Source: Octopus vulgaris
Lineage: Eukaryota
Direction: 5' to 3'
DNA: 64,000 bases
Assembly: GCA_951406725.2 (NCBI GenBank)
Contig: OX597820.1
Coordinates: 49,662,001 to 49,726,000 of the forward strand
Shown: piece by piece, positions 41,356 through 54,584 of the stretch
Layout of the letters: the number at the start of each line of letters is the position of its first letter
Position numbering within the stretch: the first letter of the stretch is position 1
The notes under the pieces: model-generated
Seen by the model: the letters and a program-made list of their open reading frames with translations, nothing else
What the model was told of the DNA's origin: nothing
The model's database searches: none
Program-made: the position numbers and the translations under genes

Positions 41356-42260
41356 TATCGGTTTCAGTCTTAACAAAAGAATTACTTGCATAATTCAAGT
41401 GTCCGTGACTTCTTCAGTACATTCGGTCCTCGAGGTGCAAACCGCAAGACTAACCCCAGCTCTCTGTGTCAAGACAGACACGTGCTTAGTCTTACTGATT
41501 ACATCGGGAATAAAATTTCCTCTAGAGAATTTCCCTTGTAGTTTGATCGTTTATGATCTATTTCTAGCATTCTGGCCGGCTACCTAGCAGGCCAGCCCTG
41601 CCAATATACACATATATTTGAATTTTCTCTGACTCCTCAGATTTTTGAATGATGGACTACTGGTTTTAAATTGATATTAAAATTAATATTAATTTATCTC
41701 CCTCAATTTTTAAATATTTAAATAAATACGTTCCCTAGCAGTAAGCTTTACCCGCAGTGAATTATTCACTGCAGCCCTTCGCTTCAGGAGTCTCTTAGCG
41801 CGCCGGAACCAAGACATTTGAAATTTTATTCCCGATGTAATCAGTAAGACTAAGCACGTGTCTGTCTTGACACAGAGAGCTGGGGTTAGTCTTGCGGTTT
41901 GCATCTCGAGGACCGAATGTACTGAAGAAGTCACGGACACTTGAATTATGCAAGTAATTCTTTTGTTAAGACCGAAACCGAGGTATGCATTTAAGTCTGT
42001 TTTTTATTTAATTTTTCATATATCCTGCCCGCCAAATTTGGTTCTGGTGTTCGCTGAATTCTTCCTCTAGAGAATTTCCCTTGTAGTTTGATCGTTTATG
42101 ATCTATTTCTAGCATTCTGGCCGGCTACCTAGCAGGCCAGCCCTGCCAATATACACATATATTTGAATTTTCTCTGACTCCTCAGATTTTTTGAATGCTG
42201 GACTACTGGTTTTAAATTGATATTAAAATTAATATTAATTTATCTCCCTCAATTTTTAAA

Positions 42261-42264
<4 letters not shown>
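41353..42264 (+). mobile_element. Non-autonomous Penelope-like element family G: inverted segment plus partial tandem, inside (TA)n
   Basis: 41358-41519 is the reverse complement of 41820-41981; 41519-41718 is a direct repeat of 42064-42264; hammerhead at 41916-41991. Confidence 0.85.
41916..41991 (+). ncRNA. Type I hammerhead ribozyme, family G, with extended loop II
   Basis: AATGTA-CTGAAGA-AGTC..GAC(C/T)-GAAAC-CGAG-GTA-TGCATT; the inverted copy has GACT, completing stem II. Confidence 0.7.
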
Positions 42265-42314
<50 letters not shown>

Positions 42315-42868
42315 TATGGAACTTCTGGTCCTTATCAGCCAAAAACTGAAGCAGATGCGATTTCAGGTCATCATCATCATTGAAAGTTTTACCATTCAAA
42401 GAATTTTGCAATCTTCGAAATAAATGGTAATCCGATATAACAATGTCAGGGCCATATGATGGATGTGACATCACTTTCCAACCAAGCTCCAATAATTTTT
42501 CATGAGTTAGCAAAAACGTGTGTGGTCCGGCATTTTAAAAAACCATTTCTGACATATGAGTTCTGTTAAGCAATCAACACCATAAACTTCACATATCTAT
42601 TTGTAAGCTGCATTAGCTCTCTTGCCTTTCCGGAAATAAAAAGGCGAAATATGGCGAAAATGTCCGTTTTTTACACTCTATGTTAAAACTAATACAGAAC
42701 TAAGAGCTGTGAACAAAATTACGCGCAATTTTTGCTTTTAAAATAAGATAAAAATAACGGCTACCAAATGTCAAAAGGTAAAAATCATAACATTGACGAA
42801 AGTCAATTAAAAAATCTTAACTCTATCTGTTTGCGAAAAACGAAATTATTTTCTTGCGAAGCCAACAT
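42315..42868 (-). mobile_element. Mariner remnant (internally deleted)
   Basis: EKLLELGWKVMSHPSYGPDIVISDYHLFRRLQNSLNGKTFND matches the HPPYSPDLAPSDYHLF motif; degenerate TIR near 42835-42868. Confidence 0.9.
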
Positions 42869-42882
42869 ATATATATATATAT

Positions 42883-43085
42883 AACGGGAAGCTTTATGAA
42901 AATAGACAAAAGACGAAGGCAGGTGGAAAACAAACAAACAATTGTATTAGTATGGCGCTCAGGAAATATAAATAAAACAAGTCTTTAACGTTTCGAGCCT
43001 ACGCTCTTCAACAGAAAGATACACAGAGAGAAAAAAACACAGAAAGAAGGAGAGAAAAAAAATGCGTGCAGTAACTAACGAACCA
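42883..43085 (-). mobile_element. Family C Penelope-like element with hammerhead-like motif (42982-43019)
   Basis: Minus TCTTT-CTGTTGA-A-GAGC(GTAG)GCTC-GAAAC-GTT-AAAGA; flanked by (TA)n. Confidence 0.75.
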
Positions 43086-43202
43086 ATATATATATATATG
43101 TATATATATATTGGAGTATACAAAGAGAGCAGATATATAGATAACCGCCTAAACATGCAACGTAGATAAAGGTATGAAAACTATATACACACTGTCGTAG
43201 TA

Positions 43203-43525
43203 GCTATGTTGTTATCGTTATGTCTAACTCATCGTAAAGTCAATATCACCATGACCGATATCCAAACTACAGTGGAGAAGGCTAGCCACTGGATTTGGTT
43301 AAAATGAGATGATGAGCGATGGCTAGAAGAATAGTGAGCTTTATGTGATAACCAGTTGATCTAGCAAGCAGGGCCTCATATCAGTGAGTAGGGCTGGTGC
43401 GCGTTGATGCTGTCGAGAGGTAGGCTCCGAAACGACGCGAATTCTCTCCTGGTGGCCCCGTATACTTGCTGGCTTTCGGTTGCGGAGTTCATTACTGGTT
43501 GCACTTGCATGTGCAGGTTGTTTGC

Positions 43526-43527
<2 letters not shown>
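43203..43527 (+). mobile_element. 3' end of a Hero-like (RLE) non-LTR retrotransposon
   Basis: Frame from 43203 reads AMLLSLCLTHRKVNITMTDIQTTVEKASHWIWLK*DDERWLEE*, resembling the E.AS.W.WLKR..W C-terminus; UTR ends at (CA)n. Confidence 0.6.
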
Positions 43528-43604
<77 letters not shown>

Positions 43605-43609
<5 letters not shown>

Positions 43610-46600
43610 TATTAGAGACAAAACCACTATTTTGCAAAACAAACAAGGAAAGACTTAATCAATACATAAAATTTTAATAAATAGTCAAAAAAACCGCCAC
43701 TACAATTGTTTCTTGTCTTGATCGACAATCTTCAGGTGGACTTCCAATCTAAAATATCAATATTTTAAAATATAAAAATAATAATTTTAAAATAATTAAA
43801 GTATGAATGAAAAAATATAAATATATAATCCATATATAACCTATATATAATCCATATATAATCAATATATAAACAATATATAAACTAAAATAAACCTATC
43901 AACAATTAAATATAAAATATAAAATATAAAATATAAAATATAAAACAAAACAAAAAAATAATAATAATATAATAATAAACTATATATACACCCATACACA
44001 TATACCTAATTATATATAACCATATCTAACTACATACACTAAATCACACACCTATATATATATCCCTATACATACACATAAAAACGTCTAGGCAACTATA
44101 AATAAATAAAATAGCTAAATACTTCAACACAATACTTATTCATACTCCCACACACACACATACAACCCACATTCACGCTCTAGAAAACGGACATCACTTA
44201 AAATTATGAACGGAGAAATGGAATAAATGGAATTAAAAATTATATTCACTTGGTAAAACGAACACTACTTAAAAATTATGAATGAAACAATGCAATAAAA
44301 CAACAGACATCGCAAATAGACACAAATTACTACGAATTCCTTAACAAACCTACCATGATAAACCAAAACTCATAAAAACATATAATGATAAAATCTCCCT
44401 TTACTAAACTCTATAACATACCTATATAGCAATCCCCCTAACCTAAACATTCACACACAAATACACACACATAAACCACACACCCACGACATATACAAAT
44501 ACCCACACCACTTACACATACCTATACATACATATAAACCTCAACATATACTCCAAAAACCCACTCAACCCCACACAGACAAATAAACACAAAAATTATG
44601 AATGGATTCTTTTATAAAACTACCATGATAAGCTAAAACTCACAAAACATAAATGATAAAACCTCCCTTTACTAAACACTATAACATACTTATATAGCAA
44701 TCCCTTTAACCTATACATTCACACACAAATACACACACGTAAACCACACACCCATAACAAATACAAACACCCACCCCACTCACACACACCCACAAGTACA
44801 TATAAGCCTCAACATATACACCAAACAAAATTACTTTACCAAGGAACTTAACATATGTATAAAAAATATATAACCGCTCTGGAAACGAACATCTTTAAAA
44901 TAATGAATGGAGAAATGGAATAAATGGAATTAAAAATAATATTCACGTGGCAAAACGAACACCACTCAAAAATTATGAATGAAACAATGTAATAAAACAA
45001 CCAACATCGAAAATAGACAAATTACCACGAATTCCCTAAAAAAAACCATGATAAACCAAAACTCTTAAAAACATATAACGATAAAATCTCCCTTTGCTAA
45101 ACTCTATAACAAACCTATATAGCAATCCCCCTAACCTAAACATTCACACACAAAAAACACACACGTAAACCACAGACCCACAACTTATACACATACCTAT
45201 ACTAACTTATAAACCTCAATATACACCAAAAACCCACTCCCTCCCCACACAGACAAATTAACACATACATCCCAAAACCTAAATAACAAACCCATATACA
45301 CATTCACACACAAACACACACACACGCAAAACACACACACACAACAGATACATATACTCCCTCAATATACGCATATACATACTCACTAAACTCGATATAT
45401 ACAACAATATTTACACACCCACACTCATACAGATAAATAAATTATACAACTAAAAAGTCACACACAATCTCATATACATAAACACTCCAATAAAAAACAA
45501 CATTAAATACATCGTAATTAACCAGAATATCAAAAATAACAATATGACATAAGGAGAAATAAAATACATACTTACAAGTCAGTTTCAAATTATGAAGTGA
45601 AATTAAATTCTTAGCCGTTAAAAAAATCAAACCAAAATTACGTTACCATAGAAATATAACTTATGTAAAAAAAGAATACGCGCCATGGAAAGTAAACGTC
45701 ATTTAAAATTATGAATGGAGAAATAGAATAAATGGAACTAAAAACTATATCCACGTGGCAAACCATCACTACTTAAAAAAAATTTATTATGAATGGATTC
45801 TTTAATAAAACTACCATAATAATAAATTATTATATACAATTATGAGCTTTAGCTCATCTTAGCAACTCTAACAAACAACTTGCAGTAACCCAAATCTATT
45901 CTCGATGCCTGCCTTACTACTACACTATTCCATTCCCAATTCCAAACAACCCTAGCCCACCATCCGGTTACAATTCCCAACTCCACCCATTCATTCACAA
46001 TTTCAACGACGTTCACCTCCACAGCGCTACATATAAGCCTCAACATATACACCGGAGATTCGCTTTCACATCCGTGCGGATGGGTGAGAGTATACATTGA
46101 GTGTAGTGATGGGGCTCCCATTACTATACACATTTGTACCTGTGTGGTAGTCTCCATGTGTATATTCACGCACGGGTATAAATGCAGGGGGTACACGCGC
46201 ACGGCATGTACGTGTACCCCCTCACATGTACATATGCATGCTAGTTGGGCTCGATATGTGCAACAATGTAATCGCGCCCGCATACATGCATATGGGCGAG
46301 TTGCACAATCAAAATACGCACACGTGTGTGTGCGTTCCCTGGTTGTGCAATTCACCCATCTGGGTGTGAGTGGGTGTATGCGTATTGCTGTGGATGTCGA
46401 GCTTAATACGTATGTATATGAGTGTGTATTGGGGGGTTGTACGTATTTATTGTGTGCATGTGCTTCACGCACGTGCGTCCATGTATGGATGAATATATTG
46501 GGATTGCTATGTGGGTGTAAATTGGGTATAATATTTTATAATATTTTATAATATTTTACTATAAAATTGGATTTAATCCTAAATCTGATTTTTTCCCTGT

Positions 46601-46625
46601 AAATTTGGATTTATTCCCTAATATT
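43605..46625 (-). mobile_element. ~3-kb non-coding Penelope-like element family H with internal repeats
   Basis: Hammerhead near the 3' end (43697-43739). Internal repeats at ~44180-44600, 44590-44820, 44875-45260 and 45680-45820. Strand composition flips at ~46075. (TA)n on both sides. Confidence 0.5.
43697..43739 (-). ncRNA. Minimal type I hammerhead ribozyme, family H
   Basis: Minus CCAC-CTGAAGA-TTGTC(GATCAA)GACAA-GAAAC-AATT-GTA-GTGG; all core nucleotides canonical and all stems paired. Confidence 0.8.
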
Positions 46626-46664
<39 letters not shown>

Positions 46665-47053
46665 TACTATATAAATCGCCATAGCTACTACGGCAGTCTG
46701 AATACTCCAATAGTTTTATATTAATACTTAGTAGTCTACAATCATTCATAGCTACGCAACAAATTGCCTCTTTCAACAATACTTGAAAGAGTGAGTAGTT
46801 GAATCAATCAGTTATTTAGAGCATGGTAAATTAACGAATGTTATATATTTGATTATTCACTAATTTTATTTATCTCAGTTAAATATTGACAATTGATATC
46901 AACTAATTTTGCAAGACGATTTGGGTGTACGTTGTGAGGTTTGTAAGTATTTATGCGCGCACGCTTCAGGACGGTGTCCAATGATTGCAACATATAAGAT
47001 ATAAAGAGGCGCGTGTATAGTTGTATAGGTTGTTATATTTTGGGATGATCATA

Positions 47054-47110
47054 TACGTTTCGAGCCTACGCTCTTATACAGAAAGGAACGCTGAAAAAAA
47101 AAAAAGGAGA

Positions 47111-47154
<44 letters not shown>

Positions 47155-47210
47155 CGGGAGGCTTTATGAAAATAAACAAAAGACGAAGGCAGGTGGAAAA
47201 CAAACGAACA

Positions 47211-47215
<5 letters not shown>
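47054..47215 (-). mobile_element. Family C fragments separated by (TA)n
   Basis: 3' fragment at 47152-47215 and hammerhead-bearing fragment at 47054-47113. Confidence 0.65.
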
Positions 47216-47257
<42 letters not shown>

Positions 47258-48024
47258 AGAGAGACATATATAAGAGACAGAAAGAACTAGAGGTGGGAGA
47301 GAGAGCGAGAAAGAGAGAATTCTTCTTGTTTCATTCCCCATGTTCTGTAATTAATCAGTTTCCATTTCTATACTTTTAGGTATTATTCTAAATATATTGC
47401 TGATAGTTTGTCTTAGTACTCTATTTGTCTCGTACCCACCTTTAACTCTACGTGGAATAGTAGTTTCCTATCTGCATCAAATTAAAGATTGATATAAAAA
47501 CGCTGTTAATAGGCTGTTATTACATTACTGTCAGATAATATTAATCTATTCATGTACGAATTAATTTTGGAACTATGGGATGACAAGTGTATTTACACCT
47601 ATTATATGTAGCAACAAGCCAAGCTATATATATGTATAAAAGAAGTAATTAAAATTCAGTTGAATTAGATACTTAAGTTGAAGCATCAATTCAGTCCGGT
47701 ATTATTCGCACAGCTCCAAGTAGGGTGAATATAATCAAAAATAAGTAACAGGATTTCTAGTAGTAATACAATACGACCGTTTCAAGCGACTCCATTTAAT
47801 GAACAATGCAATCATTAAATCAATTTTAAATACAGCGCTATCATCAGCTGCACAGATATTGAATTTCAACAGAAAAAATACATTAATATTTTTCTTAAAT
47901 ATTTTAACAGAGCAATGCATTATTAGTTGAAATCTTCTTACTTATTTGATTGATATATATATATATATATTATATATATATATACATATACACACACACA
48001 CACATATATATATATATATGTATG

Positions 48025-48079
<55 letters not shown>

Positions 48080-48307
48080 GTGTATATGTATACATATATA
48101 TATTTGTATATATATATACATATACATTTGTATGTATATATATATTATATTGTTTATATATATATATATATATATATCAGGTATTGATATTTTAAAGATC
48201 CAAAGAGTGGCAAGTAATGCTAAATAAGTGCTATGGACAGAGCGTAGTTAAACTCTTGGTTCGATAGTGATATAAGTAAGGAGTTTAGTATGGGTCTTGT
48301 ATTAGCA

Positions 48308-48348
<41 letters not shown>

Positions 48349-49534
48349 CGAAAGAGATAACAAAGTCAAGACTGCGAGGAGTTATATACTTATACACATA
48401 CATATATTAAACTGACTCGTTTAATTTTTGTCTCATTTATTACTCGATTATTCTATGGAGGATTCTAGCATGATTTTCTGATTTGAGTGACTGAATCTAA
48501 TTTGATAATCTCATTTTCAGTTGATTTACCCCTTTGTATGTGTCACAGTTCATAGAAAGGGTCAAGTTAATCCCTTAGTTGCTTTACATAATCCCACACT
48601 TACTATAAATCGCATTTGTATATCTCGCTTGAATTCATGAATAATTTTTAGTAGGTTGTATTGGCGCCTTGTAAGTAATTTTAAATCATGCATACACAAG
48701 ATGAAGTTTATAATTTCTATGTACACTTAACAATCAATGCTATTTTCGTTAATTTGATATTTTATTAGATTCAGAACCGGGCAGAAGTGTAGAGAGGACA
48801 AAGAATCACCATGAATGATTTCTCGGCTTTTGGGTATGAATGCTGGTTTTAAACATCTTCATTTTGTCATGCAGTAATATAGCTATTTCCCATTTTGACA
48901 TAGCTTTCTTAATGTACCGTAGAGTTTATTTTTATGGACTCTCACCTCCAACAAGTGTGCTGTGTACTATCAAATGCTTTTTGGTAATCAATTTATGCCT
49001 TGCGACTTTGCGTTGTCCTCTTTTTGTTGTTTTTATAGTTGCCCGTTTCACCATTAGCTACTCTTTATAGTCAAACGTCCCTTTCTCTGCTCCTAAAGTG
49101 AGATATTATTGCTTTCCAGATGAGCAGCCAACCTGGTGCTGAATATGAGTAATAGACGTGATTTGTAAGTTAGAAAATTCTGCAAGTTTTTTTTTTTTTT
49201 TAAGAAGGGAGTTCTCCATTATTTTGTATCATTAGAAACAATACTGTTTTCCTCAACTGCTGCCATTCAGGCATTAGGTGTCGTCTGCTTATAATATCAC
49301 AGACTGATACAGCTACAAATCTATGAAAACTGGCGGGTTTTCGGTCATAAATTGGGAACTTTCTCATTCTCAATAGTTCTCCAAATGCTTCCAGCTTCTA
49401 GCATGTTGCTGAGTCTCTTCTTAGCTATGGTGAGTAATATATCCAGAGTTGTTGGAATTTTTGATAATCTTTTTTTCTTATAAAATAATGTGATTTTTAG
49501 TAGCAGTGAATGCTTCTATTACACATCCTGTACA

Positions 49535-49609
49535 GTGTTGTTGTTGCTTTTATTATTGTTATTGTTGTTGTTATTGCCGTTGTTACTACTACTACTACTA
49601 CTACTACTT

Positions 49610-49673
<64 letters not shown>

Positions 49674-49800
49674 CACCACCACCACCACCACCACCACCAC
49701 CACCATCAACACCACCACCAACACCAACACCACCACCACCACCGCCACTACCACCACCACCACCACCACTACTACTACTACTACAACTACTACTACTACT
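49535..49800. repeat. Compound (GTT/ACT/ACC)n tract
   Basis: Direct inspection. Confidence 0.9.
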
Positions 49801-50599
49801 TTTTACTTTCTCTCGGTCTTACTTGCTGTAGCTGATTCTGTGAGAGCGGAGAGCAACCTGTTTTCAGAGGTCTCACAAGGTCTCTCTCTCCGCAAATTAG
49901 TCTTATTTGCCTTAGTCATTTGGTCTTTTGCAAATAATAACGACGCATGACTTATAGCCTTGCTTTAAGTATGAATCGATTACTTCATATACTGTAGCTA
50001 TGAAAAATATAATATCGAATCAACGAGGTCACTTGATCTGCTAAAAATAGTTACACCTCGCCACATATCCCAGAAATCGCATCCTTTCGTCTTACTGAAA
50101 GTGGCTGGTATCATAAAACAGGATATTATAATGAATGAATCTTTGATTAGACATGAGCTTAATCTTACTTTTAGATCGAAAACATGCCACAAACTGAGCC
50201 TGTCGTGAAAGTAGGTTACATCTCTTCTATGAAAGATGAGACTATATAGTATGAATGAAATCTAGTCAAATATATTATTTGAAAATAGCAGAAAGCGTCA
50301 AGACCCCGATGTGGTCTATACATGGTCATTCTTTTTTGCTAAAAATAACAGTAACATTTCACTCAGATAACAAAAGAGACCTTCTAGAGGGACAAGGAAA
50401 ATATTGTCGGTCAAGATATGTTATGTTCTACAGAAGGATGTCATAGTCATTACATAAACACTTTTGACTACAGGTATTTTGGTTGAAGCAGTGTTTGTAC
50501 TTGTCCACATGTAAAACGCGAACACTATCACCAATATCACAACACAGCAACAATAACGACTTGAAATTAACGAAGACGGGAGTGTCACAAGAAGATGTC

Positions 50600-51075
50600 G
50601 GAGGTTCTATAAAGTCGTTCGACTTGTTTGAACTAGCAACGAAATTCTTTCTCAACTTACACATTGTCTAAATAAAATATGAATTACATGTTGGATAGCG
50701 TACTCTGAGAAAACATAGAGTGTGTCACACTTGAAAAATCTTTGAAATTTTTTATGCTTAGTTGTGTATGACTTGATGTTAAATAACAGAATATCAATAA
50801 CAACGAGAGAAGTCTCTTTTGATCGGTCGACTGGCTAGAAATAAAAGCTAAATCTACTTCAAATCATATCTGCGGTGTATTGAAATAATATAAAAAAGGG
50901 AAGCATACATTAGGAAAAGACATGGCGATTTCACAAGGGGTTAAAAGGTCACGGATAGAATAGCTTTCAACACAAGGGTATACAAGGTTTAAGCAACAAC
51001 GACGACGACAACAACAACAGCAACAACGATAACAATAACATCAACAACAGCAACAGCAGCAGCAACAACAACTTC
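50600..51075 (+). repeat. Two copies of an old dispersed repeat with (AAC)n tail
   Basis: Motif GCTAGAAAT..AGC.AAATCT...TCAAATCA recurs at ~4270, 16060, 16280 and 18030, and partly inverted at ~58200-58370. Confidence 0.45.
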
Positions 51076-51211
51076 AACCGTAACAGCAGCAAAATATAAA
51101 CAGCAACATAAAGATATCATCCTCAAAAACATTTGTAGATAGCATAAAACTCATTGCAAGTTCCGTCGCAATTAAACAATAAATAAATAAATAATAAAAT
51201 AAAATAAACCA

Positions 51212-51620
51212 ATGCGTGGCTGCATAGTATGAAGTTTGTTTCCCAACCACATGGCTCGTGGTTCACTCCAACTGTGTGGCACCATGGGCAAGTGTCTTCT
51301 GCTATTGCCTTGGGTTGACCAAAGCCTTTTGAATGGATTTGGTAGAAGGAAACAGAAAGAATCAACTCGTATATATATATATATGTGTGTGTATATGTGT
51401 GCGTGTTTGTGTGTGTGTGTATGTTTCCACCACCGCTTGTGAACTGGTGACGGTACGTTTACGTCTCCGTAACTTAACAGTTAGGAAAAGGACACCGATA
51501 GAATAAGTACCGGGCTTCAAAAGAAAATAACAAGTACTGGGGTCGATAAGTTCGACTGCATTTCTTCAAGGCGGTGCCCCAGCATGGCCGCAACATAATG
51601 ACAGAAACAGGAAAAAGATA
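51212..51620 (+). mobile_element. CORE-like SINE, full length, diverged
   Basis: Colinear with 14631-15070. Confidence 0.85.
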
Positions 51621-52540
51621 GAAGGCAACGTAAAGAATGCAATCTCCGAAAAGCGTCTACATTTACTCCTATCGTTATCTTCTGATTTAGGTGTGGTTCT
51701 TTACTTTCTTTCATCTAATTTGGCCACAATAAATACCTCAAAAGGGAGAAAGAGAAAGAAAAGATAAGAAAACAGGACTAGTTTATGAAAGATTGTCAAT
51801 ACGAGGCAAGGAGATTTAGAAGTTGTGGTATAATTGCATAGGAATGTTGCACTGTAGAGATTAGTCGTTTTAATCGGGTCTAGACCGTTTGAAGAAATAA
51901 AGCCTATTGAATAATATTCCGCCAGATCAACGAATGAAAAACCTGAATTCAAGAACACTTTCTTGGCAGCAGCTAGAGAAAAATAAATAAATAAATACAA
52001 TAAAATGAAAATGTCGCGCATTAGAAGACACATTATTTAAAGAGTTGGCAGTATGAAGTATAATATAAAATACTACAAGATAATTATGCTAGAAGCATTA
52101 ATCAATAAATTTTCGTTATGGATCAATATAAATTACTCTTTTCAGAAATAATCTGCATTAACTAACTGATTTGATTTCGGCAGATTTAACGATTAAAAAG
52201 AATAAGTATTTTGGAGGTTTGCAGGTGTTCTATTGTATTCTGTTTGAAGTCTTTTTCTCAAACTCACCCTGTCTGTCTATCAGTCTCTTTGTCTTTTTAT
52301 CTCTGTCTGTCAGTCTGTTTATCTTTCTCTCTCATATTCTCTCTCGTATACTTATTGAATATTTTTATTTCTCTCTCCCTCTTTAATTTTCTCGTTCTTT
52401 TGATGAAGTACTCACGTCCCAAAAGTTATGATCATTTCTTTTTTCTATTAAAGTGTTAAGCTAATACAGAATTTGTAAGACCTTGTGCGTTATGTATAGT
52501 CTTTTTTGTAATGTCCATTGTATTTGGACGATAGAAATGC

Positions 52541-52627
<87 letters not shown>

Positions 52628-52628
<1 letters not shown>

Positions 52629-53454
52629 CATTATTGGTGAATTGAAGAAATGGAGCTGAACGCAGATTGAACAGAAATCGTTTTATTTCATTCTACACGT
52701 GTTTCGAAAGGCACAAATTACCAAAATCCGATGGAATAATGGGACCATATTGTGTCTTTCTCTTCAGGAAGAAAATAGGAAATCCGTTGGAAAAACAAAA
52801 ACAGAACAGAGGCGGAGCAAAAACAAATCGAACTATGCTCCTAAGAGCCCATGGCGAAACTGTTTATCAGTGTATGTTGAGAACCGGTGGCTGAAGAATT
52901 CAACGGGTCAAGCATCGGTCAATCATGTGGGTGAGGGTGCGTAGATGTTCTTTGTGACCGAGAATAAAGTTCTGACTATTTAAAGAATATTGGATGTTTT
53001 ATAAGGGGCGAGAAAAAATCTACTTAGAGACGTGTGTGTGTGTATACTGTTCTATATATGTGTGTGTTGGCGTAGGGGTAGAAAACATTTTTTGTGTACG
53101 TGTGTGCGTTTGATCGTTCGGCTGTCAGTGGCTACTGCCGTGATAACCGTTGGGTGGCAGAAAAAAAAATATATATATATATCATGTTTTATGTGTGTGT
53201 GTGTTCATCTAAGCCTGCCTTGTCAAGGAAACCCCCCGCTGTGAAAAAACCAAGCCCCGTTTGTCTTACAGGAGTAATTCCCCTTGCAGTGGTTAATCGT
53301 AGATATCTTAAAGGCTAATGTTCTAATTTCAATTATCCGCACCAACGCACGGTTGCAACACCATATGGTTGTACCTCCAACCGTGCTGTTTTACCGCTGT
53401 GATTTTTGCTACTAAGGTATCGGTTAAACTTTTTGATTATATATTATATCTTTC

Positions 53455-53460
<6 letters not shown>
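52628..53460 (-). mobile_element. Non-coding Penelope-like element family I between (TA)n tracts
   Basis: Hammerhead at 52686-52776, then AATAAA and (TA)n on the minus strand. Confidence 0.5.
52686..52776 (-). ncRNA. Type I hammerhead ribozyme, family I, long stem II
   Basis: Minus TTC-CTGAAGA-GAAAGACACAA..TTGTGCCTTTC-GAAAC-ACGT-GTA-GAA. Confidence 0.75.
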
Positions 53461-53483
<23 letters not shown>

Positions 53484-53485
<2 letters not shown>

Positions 53486-53668
53486 GGGAGAGTTTACGAA
53501 AAAAACAAAAGACGAAGACAGGTGGTGTACAAAACAAACAGATGTATTAGTATAACGCTCAGGAATAGAAAACGTCTTTTACGTTTCGAGCCTACGCTCT
53601 TCTACAGAAAGGGACACAGAAAAAACAAGGAGAGAAAAAATGTGTGTAGTGGCTAACGATCATGGCGA

Positions 53669-53672
<4 letters not shown>
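53484..53672 (-). mobile_element. Family C element with hammerhead-like motif (53576-53611)
   Basis: Minus CTTT-CTGTAGA-A-GAGC(GTAG)GCTC-GAAAC-GTA-AAAG. Confidence 0.75.
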
Positions 53673-53714
<42 letters not shown>

Positions 53715-53799
53715 TATATGTATGTACGTATGTATGCATGTATCTATCTATTTATCTATATGTCTTGCTCTCTCTCTCTCTCTGTATATATATACGCCA

Positions 53800-54495
53800 T
53801 TTGGTCTCAACTCTCCCCCCTCCTCATCTAACCCCCCTCCCCCCCTCCTCACCTATCCTTTCTCCCCCCGACCCCTACATCTTCAGTCCTTCATCCTTTC
53901 ACCCCTACTCCCCTTCCCTTCTTCCCTCTTTCTCCCTCCCTCTTCCCCTTCCCTCTGCTCCCTCACTCCCTCTCTCCCCCTCCCTCTTTCCTCCTTCATC
54001 CCCCTCCTCCCCTTCCTTCTCCCCATCCTCTCCTCTTCCCCCTTCTCCTCCCCCTCTTCTTCCCCTCGCCTTCTCTCCCCCTCTTCTCCCCTCCCCCTCT
54101 TCTCCCCCTCCCCCTCTTCTCCTCACTACACCACATGACTTTACACATCACATCACATATGATGTGCCATTCTAATACACACACCAACTAATACATACTA
54201 ATACGTACTAATACATACCAGTACATACTAATACTTACACCAACCCTATACATACACACGTCCAGACCCCGCATACGCACTTATACTCTCTCACACACAC
54301 ACACACACACCTATACATACCAATACGTACTAATACATACTAATACATACTAATACATACACCAACCCCATACATACGCACGTCCAGACCAATCTTACAC
54401 ACTAATACTCTCTCATACACACACACACACACCCTTATACATACTAATACATACACCAACCCTATACATACACACATCCAGACCCCTCCCACGCA
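53800..54495 (+). repeat. Polypyrimidine tract plus three diverged tandem units
   Basis: CT-only stretch at 53800-54125; ACCAACCC.ATACATAC.CAC.TCCAGACC occurs three times. Confidence 0.7.
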
Positions 54496-54584
54496 CTTTA
54501 TGGTCCCTCAACCCTATCATATTATCTCCCCTTATTTCGCTCTCGCGTCTCATGTTTGATCTTTGACCTCTGGCCGAAATCAGA

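Noticed and set aside
43408-43440. CTGTCGA-GAG..CTC-CGAAAC as a hammerhead
   Set aside because: No GUH triplet or stem I; more simply a stem-loop in the LINE 3' UTR.
45849-46551. 207-aa and 155-aa overlapping ORFs
   Set aside because: Low-complexity CA/GT-rich sequence with no domain; lies within a repeat block.
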